From positions 224,130,001 to 224,194,000 of the forward strand of contig OZ024740.1 of assembly GCA_964016885.1 (NCBI GenBank): 64,000 nt of DNA, written 5' to 3'. Numbering within the stretch: position 1 is the stretch's first letter; the number at the start of each line of letters is the position of its first letter. Origin of the DNA: Eledone cirrhosa (lineage: Eukaryota). Both the position numbers and the translations under genes were made by a program. The notes under the pieces are model-generated. The model saw only the letters and a program-made list of their open reading frames with translations, was not told where the DNA came from and did not search any database. Below, piece by piece: positions 37,470 to 51,551 of this stretch.

Positions 37470-40400
37470 TTAAAAATATACCATGCTACACAGTTTTTTT
37501 GGCCAATGAACCCTCCGACCGGAACGAGTCGTAGTCTTATATCTTGGTGATGGTGTGTGTGTGTGTGGGGGGGGGGCAAAGAAACAGGTGTGTATGTGCA
37601 AAAGAGAAAGATGGGGGTGTATTTTGCTCAGGTGTGTGAGAATCTGTGTGGGGCCGTTTAAGTCTATCAACCGCAATGGTCTCTCTGGATCCCTTAATGT
37701 CTACAGCAGTGAAATGTTTATCAGAACCAGCCAACACACGGTAGGGTCCAGAGTACGGTTGTGTGAGAGGTGGTCTCACAGCATCGTTTCTTACAAACAC
37801 ATGGGTCCACGAGGCAATATCCCTTGGGACTGCAAATGTTATCCATCGGCGGCAGGTCCTGAATATAAGAACGCAGACGGGATACGTAGGAAAGCGGATC
37901 TTGTTCAGCAAGATCGACAGGGGCAAGCATTTGCCCAGGCAACGCTAGAGGAGTACCATACAATAATTTGGCCGGGGAGAACCCAAGGTCCTCCTTTATT
38001 GTTGACCGAATCCCCAGCAACACAATAGGGAGGTACTGGCTCCAACGCGTAGAGTCGGGAGAAGTCCGTAGAGCGGCTTTTAGTTGTCGGTGGAAACGCT
38101 CCACCATTCCATTAGAGGCATGATTATATTCAGTCGTTCGGATGCGTTTAGCGACGATGATTTTCGTTAATTCATGGAATAGATTCGATTAAAACTGTCC
38201 TCCACGGTCCGTTGTAATCGTGGTTGGCACTCCAAAGCGGACAATCCATCCTGATACTAGGGCACCGGCTGTCGTTTCAGCAGTGATGTCTTTCAAGGGG
38301 ATAGCTTCAGGCCATCGCGAAAAAACGATCAATAACAGTCAATAGAAAAGTATGACCACCACTGACTGGCGAAGGTCCCACGATGTCTACATGAATGTGC
38401 CGGAAACGGGCGTCCAGTGTACTGAAAGTACCGAGCGGGGCCTTAACGTGTTTATGGATTTTCGATTTCTGGCAAGTGATGCTGGAACGGCACCAAGCAG
38501 TAATATCGCGCCTCATATTTGGCCAGAAGAGTCTGGCTGTTATGAGCTTTACTGTGGCAGAAGATCCTGGGTGGGAAATGCTGTGTAAAGCAAGAAACAC
38601 AGAACGACGATGGTTTAGCGGGACGAATGGTCTCGGTGAATCCACGGAAACGTCGCAGAGAATATGTCCGTCTGCGGTAGGCAATGGCAGGTATTTCAAA
38701 TTATTCGTCGCAAATTCGGCTGATGTAATATCCAACGATTCCAGTGCTGGTTGGTCTGCTGCCAAGGGATTTAAATCGATGTCGTGGGATGACGCAATTG
38801 AACTGATCGGCAAACGAGACAGGGCGTCAGCCGTTGTTTTCAATGAGCCTGGAATGCGTTGGATATCGTTTGTGAATTGCGAGATAAAGTCGAGATGCCT
38901 TGTTTCTCTGGGCGAGTACTTGTCGGACTTAGCCCTTAAAGCGAAGGTCAACGGTTTATGGTCAGTATAGATTGTAAAACACCTTCCTTCGAGCATATGT
39001 GAAAAATTTTTCACGGAAAGGTAGATGGCTAACAGCTCCCGGCCAAAGGTGCTGTAGCGAGTTTCTGCAGCTTTCAACTTGCTAGAGAAAAATTCCAATG
39101 GTTGTTGGTGATCGTCACTACTCTGTTGTAAGACTGCACCCACTGCAGTATTCGATGCATCAACACAAAGCGAAAGCTTGGCATTGGACATTGGGTGGGC
39201 TAACAAAGATGCACTAGCCAATGATGATTTGGCTTTTTGAAAATCCTCGAACTGAATCTGAGTCGAAGAGATGTCCTTATTTTTCTTGCGGCAATTTTTC
39301 AGAATCTCAGTAAGAGAGAAGAGTAGATTAGCACAATGCGGAACAAAACGTCTATAGAAATTTATCTGTCCTAGGAATTGTCGCAACTGACGAAGTGAGG
39401 TCGGCGGAGGCAAATGCTCTCTAGCCTGAACTCGTTGAGGGAGGGGTCGAATACCATCGGTGTCAATGACATGACCTAAAAAATTCAGCGATTCCGCACC
39501 GAAAACACATTTTGTGGTATTTATTTGAACACTGTAATCCTTGAGTCGACAAAACAAAAGATTCAAATGACGTATGTGTTCTTCTCTGGAGGAACTAGCA
39601 ATAAGCAGCTCACCAATATAAGTGTAGACGAAGTCTAAACCATGAGTGACCTCATCCATGAATCGTTGAAAGGTGCTAGCAGCATTCCTAAGCCCGAAAT
39701 GCATGGTAAGAAATTCGAATGATCCAAATGGAGTCGTAATGGCCGTTTGCGGAATATCTTCTTTCTTGACAGGAATCTGATGATAGACTCGCACCATATC
39801 GAGCTTCGAGAATATGTTACATCCCTGCAATGACGATGCAAAATCTTGCAGGTGTGGAATAGGATATCTATCCGGGACAGTTATAGCATTTAACTTCCTA
39901 TAATCCCAAGTGGGTATCCAGTCGCCAGAAGTCTTGGGTACCATGTGCAACGGAGAAGCCCAAGGGCTCGTAGAAGGGTGAATTATGCCTAGCTGCAGCA
40001 TGTGGTCGAACTCGAACCGTGCTGCCTTCAATTTGTCCGCAGGCAAGCGACGAGGATGTGAGAACACTGGGCGCCAGTTGTAGAGAATAAATGCTCCGTT
40101 GTGTGAGTCGGTTCGACAATTCGAAAATTTCCCTGAGTAAGCTGTGGGAAAGAATTCAACAATGTATGATAGGGATTCCCAGCATTAGCGATGAAAAAGG
40201 TCGGGCTAACCGTTGGAAAATTAGCTTTCTGGCCACGAAGAGAAAAACCAGTAATGTCATCTACTACGCGTCGGCCACGGACGTCCACCGTCAATGCAAA
40301 ATGGTGTAGAAAATCCGCTCCCAAGATAGGATATGGTAGGTCAGCAACCGTAAAAATCCATTTGAATTCTCGTCGAAGATTTCTGAATTGCAGAGGAAGC

Positions 40401-40570
40401 GAGATTTGTCCAAAAGTCGTATCGGCGAATGATTGACAGCTTGTAGATTCATTGATGACTCAGGAGGAGTTACTGTCATACAATTGACAGGCCGAATGCT
40501 GCACGAAGCTCCTGTGTCTACGAGGAAGGCTCTTCCAGACAGGAGGTCCTCTATGAAGAAATAGCGGTTC
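37470..40570 (-). pseudogene. pol: pol: protease-RT-RNase H-integrase, frameshifted
   Basis: FLVDTGAS; [23 protein letters not shown] (from YIDD); DAS/ELLA/TDH/ADALSR; HVDIVGP, VERFHR, GPY. Confidence 0.9.
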
Positions 40571-40601
40571 TGTTGTGTCTCGCAGAGTTCACTTGCCGCC
40601 T

Positions 40602-41137
40602 TTAGTGACTCTGATGTACATTTCCCGAAGCTGAATATTTACATGGAGGCCGGCAATGTTTTGCCTTCTCCGCGAAGGTGGCATGATACCAGCAAAATAA
40701 AGGATTGCTGGCGGGCGAAGTAGTATGCTGACGTCGAGTCGCGAAAGAACGCGAACGACTCCTAGGCCGCCGGGAATACGGCCTATTCTCCCTGCATAAT
40801 CGAGCGACTTGCTGCATCAAAGCGTCAATAGCTTTTAACATGGCATCCTCACGTGTCGAGACGGGCTGGTTCGAATGTGAAGAAGCAGGTAAATTAGGAC
40901 CATTCATTGTCAATCTATTTCCACAAGGACGAATAAAAGTAAGTAATGTTCAGTACAACGGGAAAACAGCACAATTGGTGGTATCTGTGATTCGAGATAG
41001 TCATTATGAAAAAAGATGGCGTCGTATTTCTTTTCCAAAACAACGATATGGTCAGGTGACGAGGCTAAGCCAATCCGATGGCTGCATTTGAAGAAGAAAG
41101 ACAATGTGCGGGAATGTTAGCTGGCCAGTCAGCCATG
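40602..41137 (-). pseudogene. gag: gag remnant with CHCC knuckle
   Basis: RSRSRS..CWYHATFAEKAKHCRPPC; capsid region missing. Confidence 0.75.
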
Positions 41138-41698
41138 TTGGAAAACATTTTTTTTTTGTGTGTAAGACGAACAATTTTCAATTTAAAACGAATGGTGAAA
41201 TTAAGCAGGCTGCGTTTTCATATTTAATCGTCGAGGGTCACCACTTTAGGCTGGCGATGGTCGTCAGTCATCCCGTCTAATTGGTTATTGTTTACTGGCA
41301 CATAGTCAAAGAAGGAATAAGGAACATACCTCAATTTTATATTATAAAAACATTTTTTATATAGGAGCAATTACAGAATATATACAAATACATTAGTGCT
41401 CCTAGGTTGGGATATATTTAAGTCGTCGTATACTGCCGCATGGTGTGATATCATCCTTTGGATCACTGCATAGAGATAGCACGATAGAGATAGCACGTCT
41501 ATTTTCTACGAGCTAAAATTGTCCAAACGTTATTGTTTCAGCTACTGACGTCAGAACGTGACGTCAGAACTAAGGGCAGTTAATCTACTGTATTCACAGT
41601 CGACGCTAGATGGCGTGATCTTCTACATATATATATATATATAAATACATACATATCTATATATATATATGTATATATATATGTATATATATATACAT

Positions 41699-41755
<57 letters not shown>

Positions 41756-41819
41756 CAGGTTTAGCAAATAAAGAAAAATTTTCAAAATAAATTTTAAAAA
41801 ATTGACTTTACCTATATAT

Positions 41820-42110
41820 ATATTTATTAAAATAACAGATTAAAGTTTAAGCAAAGAATCGCTGATTTTACCCTTAAAGGGATCTTCCGAAACTAACAAA
41901 GTCAATCTTTGATCGCAGAAGTGAATATTTCAAAAAACGATGCGACCGGAGGAAGACAGGAAGACGATACTTCGGTTCGTGGAAACGTTCCCTGGCAGAG
42001 AACGGGAAAAAACGAATATAATATAATATTTGCTCTACGGTTCTTATATATTTGATATATATTTATCCTTATCGAGCCCTTTTTGGATTTTAGTCTTCAA
42101 ATTTATTATT
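41820..42110. mobile_element. Composite PLE terminal fragments: HHR 41844-41894(-), degenerate HHR 41957-41994(+), tail hairpin
   Basis: Homology to 18370-18485 and 19460-19509; CAGG..GAAGA-CGA..TTCG..TCG-GAAACGTT-CCCTG. Confidence 0.5.
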
Positions 42111-42118
42111 ATTACTAT

Positions 42119-42406
42119 ATATATAATAAAGAAGAAATTAAATATGGTTAAAAGAGATCCATATACTTTATTATGCGCATTTCGAATACAAAACCATCCT
42201 GGGACAAAAAGTGTGTTCTCATCAGATAAAATAAGGTAACATGATATGAGGCATAATAGCACTTGTTTACAGGAAAGTGCTAAGTCTACATATGACAGAA
42301 ATATAAGTTTTAAAACTATAGTAAGAAGTACATAGGAAAATAGAAGAAAGGAAAGAAGAGGAGAAAAAGGAAAAAGAAAGAGAAGAAAAGAAAGAAGAAA
42401 AGAAGA

Positions 42407-42502
<96 letters not shown>

Positions 42503-44100
42503 TTGATCAGGAACACTGTCAAAATGAAAACAGCTGTAAATGACGGTTAAAAAGTAAATTGCTGAGGTGTTTGTGCGAATATTATAGATGGTATTCAAAT
42601 ATTAGAAGCCTAAATATAGAAACTGGGTATATTATTTCATATTGGGTTTAAATACTAAAAATTGGAATAAGAAGTGTAAAAATGTATTAATAAAATAAAA
42701 CAAAATAAAATAAAATAAATATAAAAAAAAGATTTTTATAAAATAAAATATAAATAAAATAGTCTATCTATGTCAAAATTAATAATTTCTAGTAATAATC
42801 TATATATGTGCGGTATAATATTTAATTTTTATTTTATATCAACAAGTAAATAAAGGAAATTGCTAGAAAGATTTATAAACGTAGAAAAACATATGACGTC
42901 ATAATTTGTTTACAAAATCTACGAAGGTTTGAGCGAAAATCTTAGGCTATAGAAAAACGATCAACGGCTTAAAATATGATGAGAAAACCAAATTAATACA
43001 TTGTAGAATATAATGAAAGATGACCGTCACTCGTGGAATATGTTATAGGACATCAGCTATATACTTTGTGAAAGGTCTTGTAGGATTTATGATTACAAAG
43101 TCCAAATAAATCGGTTCTTCGATTTATTATTGTGTTGAAATTAGAGATAATGGTAAATTTTTCAAATAGACATAAATTACAAACACTAGATATGGAAGCA
43201 TTGGAGTATGGAGATGCGTTGTAGATTTTACACCAAGAAATTTTGTAATTTATGTTTTTGTCTTTTAAGGACCAAATAAGTTCTGAGAGTGCGGTGCTGG
43301 TCCTTTTAAGTGGAGATTTAAATGTAGAAGAATGATTATAGAATCTTGCTTTAAAGGAGGTAGAAGTAGAGCCAATGTAGGTATGGGTATTGGTGCTAGT
43401 TACCACTTTACATTCGTATACTAGGTTTTTATCGAGACAGAAATTACTAAGAGGGCAATTAGTTATAATAGGGCAGTAGCATTTACGATTAAGATTACTT
43501 ACAGGGTTATTTGCAAGTGGCCCACAATTAATTATATTAGGAACTGGAGTGGTGGAATTAACTAAAGGAGGTGCTAAAGTTTCCACATTTACATTACTAT
43601 TTGATGCATTCCTCAAAGTTACGTTTGACGTCGTATTTATACTTGTGTTATTTTGCCTAGAGTTTACATTGACGTCGGGCCTCATAGTGTTATTATTATG
43701 ACTCTCATGGTTGGATGCATATGAGTTATTATTTAATATTTTAGAATTATGTCTTGAGATCATTTTAGAAATGTTCGAAGTAGTAGAATACGAGAATTTA
43801 ATAGTATGCCTATTGAAAATGTTGCTATATATATGTGAAGGGGGGAAGCTGTTATGTAATGCCCGAAAAAATAATTTAGGGATATTATTAATAACGGAAA
43901 GAGAGAAATTTTATCTGATGAGGACACAATTGTTGTCCCGGGATGATTTTGTATTCGAAATGCGCATAATAAAATATATGGAACTCTTTTACCATCTTTT
44001 AATTTCTTCTTTATTATATATACTCCTGTTCTACCAACTGTTGGGTGCTACTTATCTGATATATGCATAGTTTTATGTTTCTACAATATTACTCACCTTC
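42119..44100 (-). mobile_element. PLE family G, 5'-truncated, short inverted pLTR + tail
   Basis: EN ORF 43053-43763 (CYC..CPL..CL, VY..YIGST..FKARF, CNLCLFEK); arms 42119-42232 / 43908-44021. Confidence 0.9.
43908..43975 (+). ncRNA. Type I HHR (second copy at 42165-42232, minus)
   Basis: ATTTTAT-CTGATGA-stem II-GAAA-TGCGCA-TA-ATAAAAT. Confidence 0.85.
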
Positions 44101-44119
44101 TACATATATATATATATCA

Positions 44120-44365
44120 CCTTGATCACCATAACCTACCAGTCTGTCGGGCGCCAATCAGCGCTGCTGGTCACGTCATGCTGTTTTAGCCATAAGATAA
44201 CGCCATCCCACTCAGGCCGGTACTCATTTCTACAGCTGAGTAAACTGGAGGAACGTGAAATAAAATGTCTTGCTCAAGGAAACAACACATCACCCGGTCC
44301 AAGAATTGAACTCACAACCTTTCGATTGCAAGCTCAATGCTTTAACCACTAAGCTATGCGCCTTC

Positions 44366-44367
<2 letters not shown>
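44120..44367 (-). mobile_element. tRNA-SINE family 2
   Basis: GAAGGCGCATAGCTTAGTGGTTAAAGC head plus core. Confidence 0.75.
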
Positions 44368-44399
<32 letters not shown>

Positions 44400-44408
44400 C
44401 CCCCCACA

Positions 44409-44535
<127 letters not shown>

Positions 44536-44539
44536 GTTA

Positions 44540-45292
44540 TATAGTAAGGTGCATTATTGGTTGTCTAAAATGGTCCAATAACACTATGTTAGCAATATTA
44601 AGTTCTCCACGCTTTTGAGGGAACAGCTAGATGATGTAAAACAGAGTATAAGTATCAAAATGAAAATCCGAAGGCAAGGTAAAATTACAATCATTTAATC
44701 ACGACACATGTTACAAATATAGAGATAGATCGATTGTGAAGCCATGATCGATTATCACTGAACTCATCAGGTGAAAATGAATTGTCTTCAAATTCTTGAT
44801 ATGAGGGAGAAGAAATAACGATGTTCTGTCACAGAATTCATTCCCTCATATGAAGACACACCAGTTAGAGACAGGGCAACTGTTATTAACTTCAGTTGAG
44901 GTCATAAAAGTTTTCAGATTTATATCGCTGCAAAAGACGCTGGACATCAATCAAATCTGTAGGGATACAGACAGTCACAGTTAATGTGAGTGGGTACACA
45001 CACATTCCACACCCACATCCAGCGGCTCGAGGTCAAAGAAAAATATATACATATATATACACACATCAACGTAGTATTAAACCTGTAGAGTTAGTGTGGG
45101 TAGGTACACATACTCTCTCACACACACCGAAGCGATGTCCGAGAAAAAACAAATATAAGAAAACAAATAAATAAATATAAGAATGTACCAACACAGCACT
45201 CACCGAAAGTTAGTTCACAAAAAAACAGAAGCTATATTGGTGAAATCTCAAATTGACGATGTAAATTGGAAATATTGGGTTAACCAACGCCC

Positions 45293-45335
<43 letters not shown>

Positions 45336-47211
45336 AAGCAAGCAAATTCAGTTCAGTGTTCTGCTATACGTGTATAGATTGAATTGTAACGTCCATATCT
45401 TCAAGTGTATGTTATGGTATATACACATCTGAATCGTCCAAAAAAGGGTATGTCCGGGTATATACACATCCATGTGAAGAGCAAGTAATCAGCTCATATC
45501 GAACTCAGTATGTACCGCTGTCCCATTGAGAATCTGAATCACCAAATCCGTTCGTGCAAGCACCCGCAATGTAGGCCAACAAAGGGCTCCGTGTAGGGTT
45601 GTGTATTGGGTAAATGCGTCCGTAAGTGCGATTTCCCGTCATATGAGCCGATGAGCTTTTAAGATAGTTGTTTGAGTGGTGGCGGTGTGTTATCCTACAC
45701 AGAAGGTGAAGTAAAAAAAGCACAGGATAGTAAAATCCAAAGGATGTGTGTAGGCCCATTAATGGTGTGTCAGTATTATTGTTCAATCCGTAACAGTGAG
45801 TCCTCCATGGTTAGATGATCACGGATCAAAACCTAGTGTAGTGTTCAGTCGGTAGGAACTTGACAGTCGTAATTGTGGGAGCTCAATGTATAAAGGACAC
45901 GGGTACTCTGTGTAGAGTTATGTATAGAGAGCGTAATCAGTCCTAACCTAATGTGTAATAAGACTAGCTATAACCCAACTGAGAGAACTCGATGGTTAGG
46001 GTATCTTAAAGTAAAGGTAGGTGCGCGTAATTGGTCATGTCCGAGTGTGCAATCAATTACTAACTACGTATACTAAGTGTGTAATCAATCTAACTGTTTA
46101 CTAGCTAGGTATTCTAAAAAAAGTGCACTCAGCTGTGAGAACCCCGTGGAACCGGCCGAGTATCGTTTATAAGTGCGCAAACAATCTTAGCCGTCTAACT
46201 ACCTGGGTGTGTGACTGTCTGTTTATTGAGAGAACTCTATGACTAAAGTAGAGAGGGAGGAGTTAGTGGTGGGTTACCTTCCAACAATCATGCGGAAGGT
46301 TTTCAAGGATCTATGTTGGCAGTTGCTGAAAAATTCTGCTCTCCTATTAATTAATAGGGGGCCGCCTCTAATATTATGAAAAGTTTCAGCTATACATAAA
46401 TTGCAAACGCCAGTGCTGACGTTATAAGTTTGGGCTGAGCAAACTATGGACCAGGATAAGGAGTGCTCTATATTCTGATGTTTAAGCTTCAAGACTAATT
46501 CAGAGAGTGCCGTGCTATTTTTTATCTAATCTATTAAAGGTATGGCGGTGATTATACCATCTATCCTTAAATTCCGTGAGAGTTGACCCAACATACCTAA
46601 AGGTTCTATGAGGAGTGGAGACCTTACAGTCGTAGACTATGTTTTTGGTAAGGCATTTTCCAGCCACGGGGCACGTGGCGGTGCTTCTGCAGTTACATTT
46701 TTTGCTATCGACCTGGGTAGTTGCAGATGGACCACGGTACATTTGGGATCGGGTATCAGTTCTCGTCTGCTCCATGGGTAAATTCCCTGGGGTAGGGGAG
46801 ACCCGACACGCCTCACGTGTATGAGTCAGTTCCTTAATAGAGCTGCCATTGTTCCTGCCATGCTTAATTCACCCATGGGCTGTCCTAAGTCTACTATAAT
46901 TCATCTTAGCTATATTCTGAGCTATGTTACAAGTTGTGGAGTAGGACAGCTTGATGGTATTTCTATTGAATATTTTATATTATCTGTGCGATCTAGGGAA
47001 GCATTTTTCTAAGGCCCTAAAGAAAAGCTTAGCTATACTAGTGGTCAGGCCAATGGAGTAAGGGGGATTAAACCACAGGACATTTCTGGTCCGATGCCTC
47101 CTATTCTTACTAACTATATTAGAATTACCTGTCGCCCTAGTAGTTACTGGTCTGTCATACTCCACAATTAGTAACATAGCTCAGAATATAGCTAAGATGA
47201 ATTATAGTAGA
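44540..47211 (-). mobile_element. PLE family H, 5'-truncated
   Basis: RNVLWFNPPYS, CNCR..CPV..CL, YVGST..FKDRW..H, CNLCIAE, INRRAE..CQH; long UTR; HHR at 44699-44774. Confidence 0.88.
44699..44774 (-). ncRNA. Type I HHR, GAAA mutated to GTAA
   Basis: TCAC-CTGATGA-long stem II-GTAA-CATGTG-TC-GTGA. Confidence 0.55.
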
Positions 47212-47397
47212 ACCGAGCTTTATAATAAATGTTCGGTAAACCGATACGTGCATATATATGTGTGCATGTATGTATATATATACATACTACTGTACGTCTA
47301 TATACATATATGTATGTACGTATACATACATTCATTCTTACATTTAAGTAACTGCCGTACTAAGAGTTAGAAATTAAATTTCGTTTCATTCTATTCC

Positions 47398-47400
<3 letters not shown>
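47211..47400 (+). mobile_element. Family M copy
   Basis: Same motifs as 10941-11135; ends in (TA)n. Confidence 0.7.
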
Positions 47401-47466
<66 letters not shown>

Positions 47467-47624
47467 TTATATGCTACTTATCTGATATCTGCAGTTTTAT
47501 TGTTCTACAATATATCACTCACACACACACATATATATATATTTATATATATATATATATACATGTATATTTGTATGTATATATATATGTATATATATAT
47601 GTATATATATATATACATATACAT

Positions 47625-47703
<79 letters not shown>

Positions 47704-48981
47704 CGAAAAATCAGTGATGCATCTAGATTCAGTTTATTGCGTGTTACAATTGTTTTGCCGGCAGATAGCTCGAGACATGATCACTGTATGGATCTGCCTG
47801 ATTCTATAACTGCGTGTTCTTTGAACACATGCAATGCTTTCGGAGCAAATTTTCTTACTGGGGTGTTAGCTTCAAAAAACATCTTCCACTCTTGTCTTGC
47901 CATTGGCTGTTGTTTTTCTACGTCATCATAAATCCTGGTCAATATTTTCTGCCACACTAGTCATCACCTACTCTCCGTCCGACACACTTCAATGGGTTCA
48001 TGCTGGCTTTGGTATCTCACAAGTCCGCTCACACTCACAAAGATATACCCACACATACACACACACATATAAATACACATACACATACACACACACGCAG
48101 ACACATACATATATATGCATACACATATGTACGCACACATGTGTAGACATACACAGCCATATACATATACGCACATACACTCTCTCTCTTACACACACCC
48201 ACAACCATATACACACCAACACACACGTCCACTGGCGCCTGCCTGTATACCCCCATACATCCAGTATACCCCCATTTACCCCCATACTCCCATACCCCCT
48301 CACACGCAGGCACACGCGCACACACGCACAAACACACATACACGCCTAAAAGAACACATATCAGCGTTCGCGTACATCTGCACATATACACAAACCCGCA
48401 AAGACATATACATAGACACACACACGGACACATGCACGCCTGTCCTTACCACAATGTGATACACTGACAGTCATATAAATCTGCAGAAAAGGTCATACAG
48501 GGTCATTCATGGAAGGATGCATCCTGTTATACATGCACAAGTATAAACCATGTAACCATACACATATGTCCATACACATACATGCAAGCATACATACACA
48601 CATATAAATAAATAAATAAGCAAATATAAAAATATAAAAATAAAAAAATAAAAACATAAGTGTATATATATATATATATATACATATATAGATAACATAA
48701 CACACATATACATATATATATATACACACGTATCCATAACATACATACACATACATACACACACATATATATATACATACATACACATCTATACAAAAAA
48801 CCTACAATATACTAAATATGCATTTAACGTCATCCCTTAAAAGACGTAACTTGTATTACACATGCACGGATATAAACATTATAATCATATACATGCATCC
48901 ATACACATTCAAGTACCATATATATATATATATATATATGTGTGTATATATACACACATATATACACATACATACATACAC

Positions 48982-49429
<448 letters not shown>

Positions 49430-49837
49430 CACACATATATACACATACATATATATACATACATATACACACATATATACACACACACACATACTTACAT
49501 ATATACATATATATAACTCTACATGCATACACACACCCATATATATATATATACACACACACATGCACATATGTATATGTACATACACACATATGCTTAC
49601 GCATATACACATAAAAACAGTAAAATATATATACAATATACAATAAAATAAAAATATAATATACAGTATAATAGATATATAATAAAATAAATCTACAATA
49701 AAATAAATATATAATCCATCCATACATACATGTACATATAAACACACATACACATATACATCTATATATATATACACACATATATACACACATATATATA
49801 TATATATATACTCACACATATACATACACAGACACAT

Positions 49838-49879
<42 letters not shown>

Positions 49880-50039
49880 GTACACACACATACATGTACA
49901 TACGCACAGGTCTACGCATATACACACATATAAAAACAATAAAATAAATTTACGATATATTAAAATACATTAAAATATGCATATAACTTCACATAGAGAT
50001 ATTTTTTTTTAAGGGGGGGGGATATGTATTCATGTGATA

Positions 50040-50857
50040 TACCACATATGGTGAGTATGAGATGCAAACAATAAAAATAAGTGTTCCAAAGTGGAACACG
50101 TGGAGAGTATGTATTCACGATTGAAGAGGTACACATTCATGGGGTGCGAGTAGCCCGGTCATATTGGGATATGTCACTGTTGTCTTATATGTGTAGGGTA
50201 TTTGACTGAACGCTCGTGGAATTCGTCTCAGTCTGTCCCGGCGTAGGCGATGTACCTGCCTAAGGTGACGTGTGTAGTCAAGTGTACATCTTGGGTTAAT
50301 TTGGTTTACCCCACGGGGCATATAACGTCATCAGGGTATGGTGTCAGGTCCCTAAAACCCGTTTCATTGCTCAGGTCTGTGCGTGCTCCGTCTCAAGCCC
50401 TTAGCCTGTGCTTCCCGGAGGATTCCATGCTGCGAATGTGCACTTTCTCTGGTGTCTGCAGGTCATGATAATTTCAGACCTCAAGTTGACCACGCCATGC
50501 TTCAGTCTGACTATCTCCATGGCCTCGTATAGGCATAATCGGCACTTTCTACTTCCAGACGAGTATGCCTTCTCATGCCGAACGATACTCCATTCAAGGG
50601 CGTACAGGATGCCTTGGTCTTTTAAGTCCCACACCAAGTCCGCTAACCTAGTGGAGTGCCTCTTGCTACGGTACTTGAAGGAATTCTGTTGTTGTACATC
50701 CGCGATTTAAAGGTTGTGGATGTTTCGCCGATGTAGGTGCCATTTACATTTTGGGTTCTAACCACACATTTGTATATCAGATCCTTCGTCAGGCATTTTC
50801 CCTGTAGGGGCACTGGGTGCCCGCTCTGCAGTTGCAAGTCTTTCATTAATTCTTTTG

Positions 50858-50860
<3 letters not shown>
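50040..50860 (-). mobile_element. PLE family I EN fragment
   Basis: CNCR, LIYKC..YIGETSTTFKSR, CRLCLYE, VNLRSE..CRH. Confidence 0.85.
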
Positions 50861-50889
<29 letters not shown>

Positions 50890-50894
<5 letters not shown>

Positions 50895-51541
50895 AAATGG
50901 GGAGAAGAATACTGCAGGTTGCACATGGATGACATGTTATAAAATGAGTCCCTCATCAGTGATTTGCCAACGATCATAGATATTTCATTGCATTAAAAAT
51001 CATATACCTCACGTTGGTGCAATAATAACTAAATTAAGTTATTAGGACAATTAAAACGCGTAAAGCGAGTGAGACAAGTAAACAACAAAGAGGAAAGCTA
51101 ACCGTAGATAGGAAGGGCACAGGCTACATAGTTATTCTGTCAGCATAAGCTGGGTGAATATATGAGCGCGTAGAAAAAAGACCTTTCGAGATGAATCCAA
51201 ATGTAAGAAAGAAGGAAATTGTATTCGTCGCGATCGGGGTGAAGTGAGAAGGGGAGAAACAGTGAGTGAGTGAGTTGAAGTGTGAGGAAGAGGTCAGTAG
51301 AGAGAAAGTGTTAACTGACATGACAGAGGGGGCGAAAGAAAGTAAGAGAAACAGAGAGAACGAGGGAGCAGTAAGAGAGAGAGAGAGAAAAACAGAATCG
51401 CAGTTTAGGTAAATATATGTGAAAAAATGGGGAGAAGAATACTGCAGGTTGCACATGGATAACATGTTATAAAATGAGTCCCTCATCAGTGATTTGCCAA
51501 CGATCATAGATATTTCATTGCATTAAAAATCATATACCTCA
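50890..51541. mobile_element. Non-coding element with ~121-bp direct terminal repeats
   Basis: 50891-51011 is nearly identical to 51421-51541; flanked by (TA)n. Confidence 0.75.
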
Positions 51542-51551
51542 TATATATATA

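Larger units (their letters stand above)
36834..41627 (-). mobile_element. Ty3/Gypsy LTR retrotransposon, CsRn1-like, defective
   Basis: LTRs 36834-37201 and 41245-41627; PBS TGGTGACCCTCGACG (tRNA-Trp-like) 41227-41243; PPT-like 37202-37213; inserted in (TA)n. Confidence 0.93.

Noticed and set aside
38395-38970. 191-aa plus-strand ORF
   Set aside because: Antisense shadow of Gypsy pol
50290-50342. HHR at minus-strand CTGATGA in family I UTR
   Set aside because: No GAAA or stem I partner
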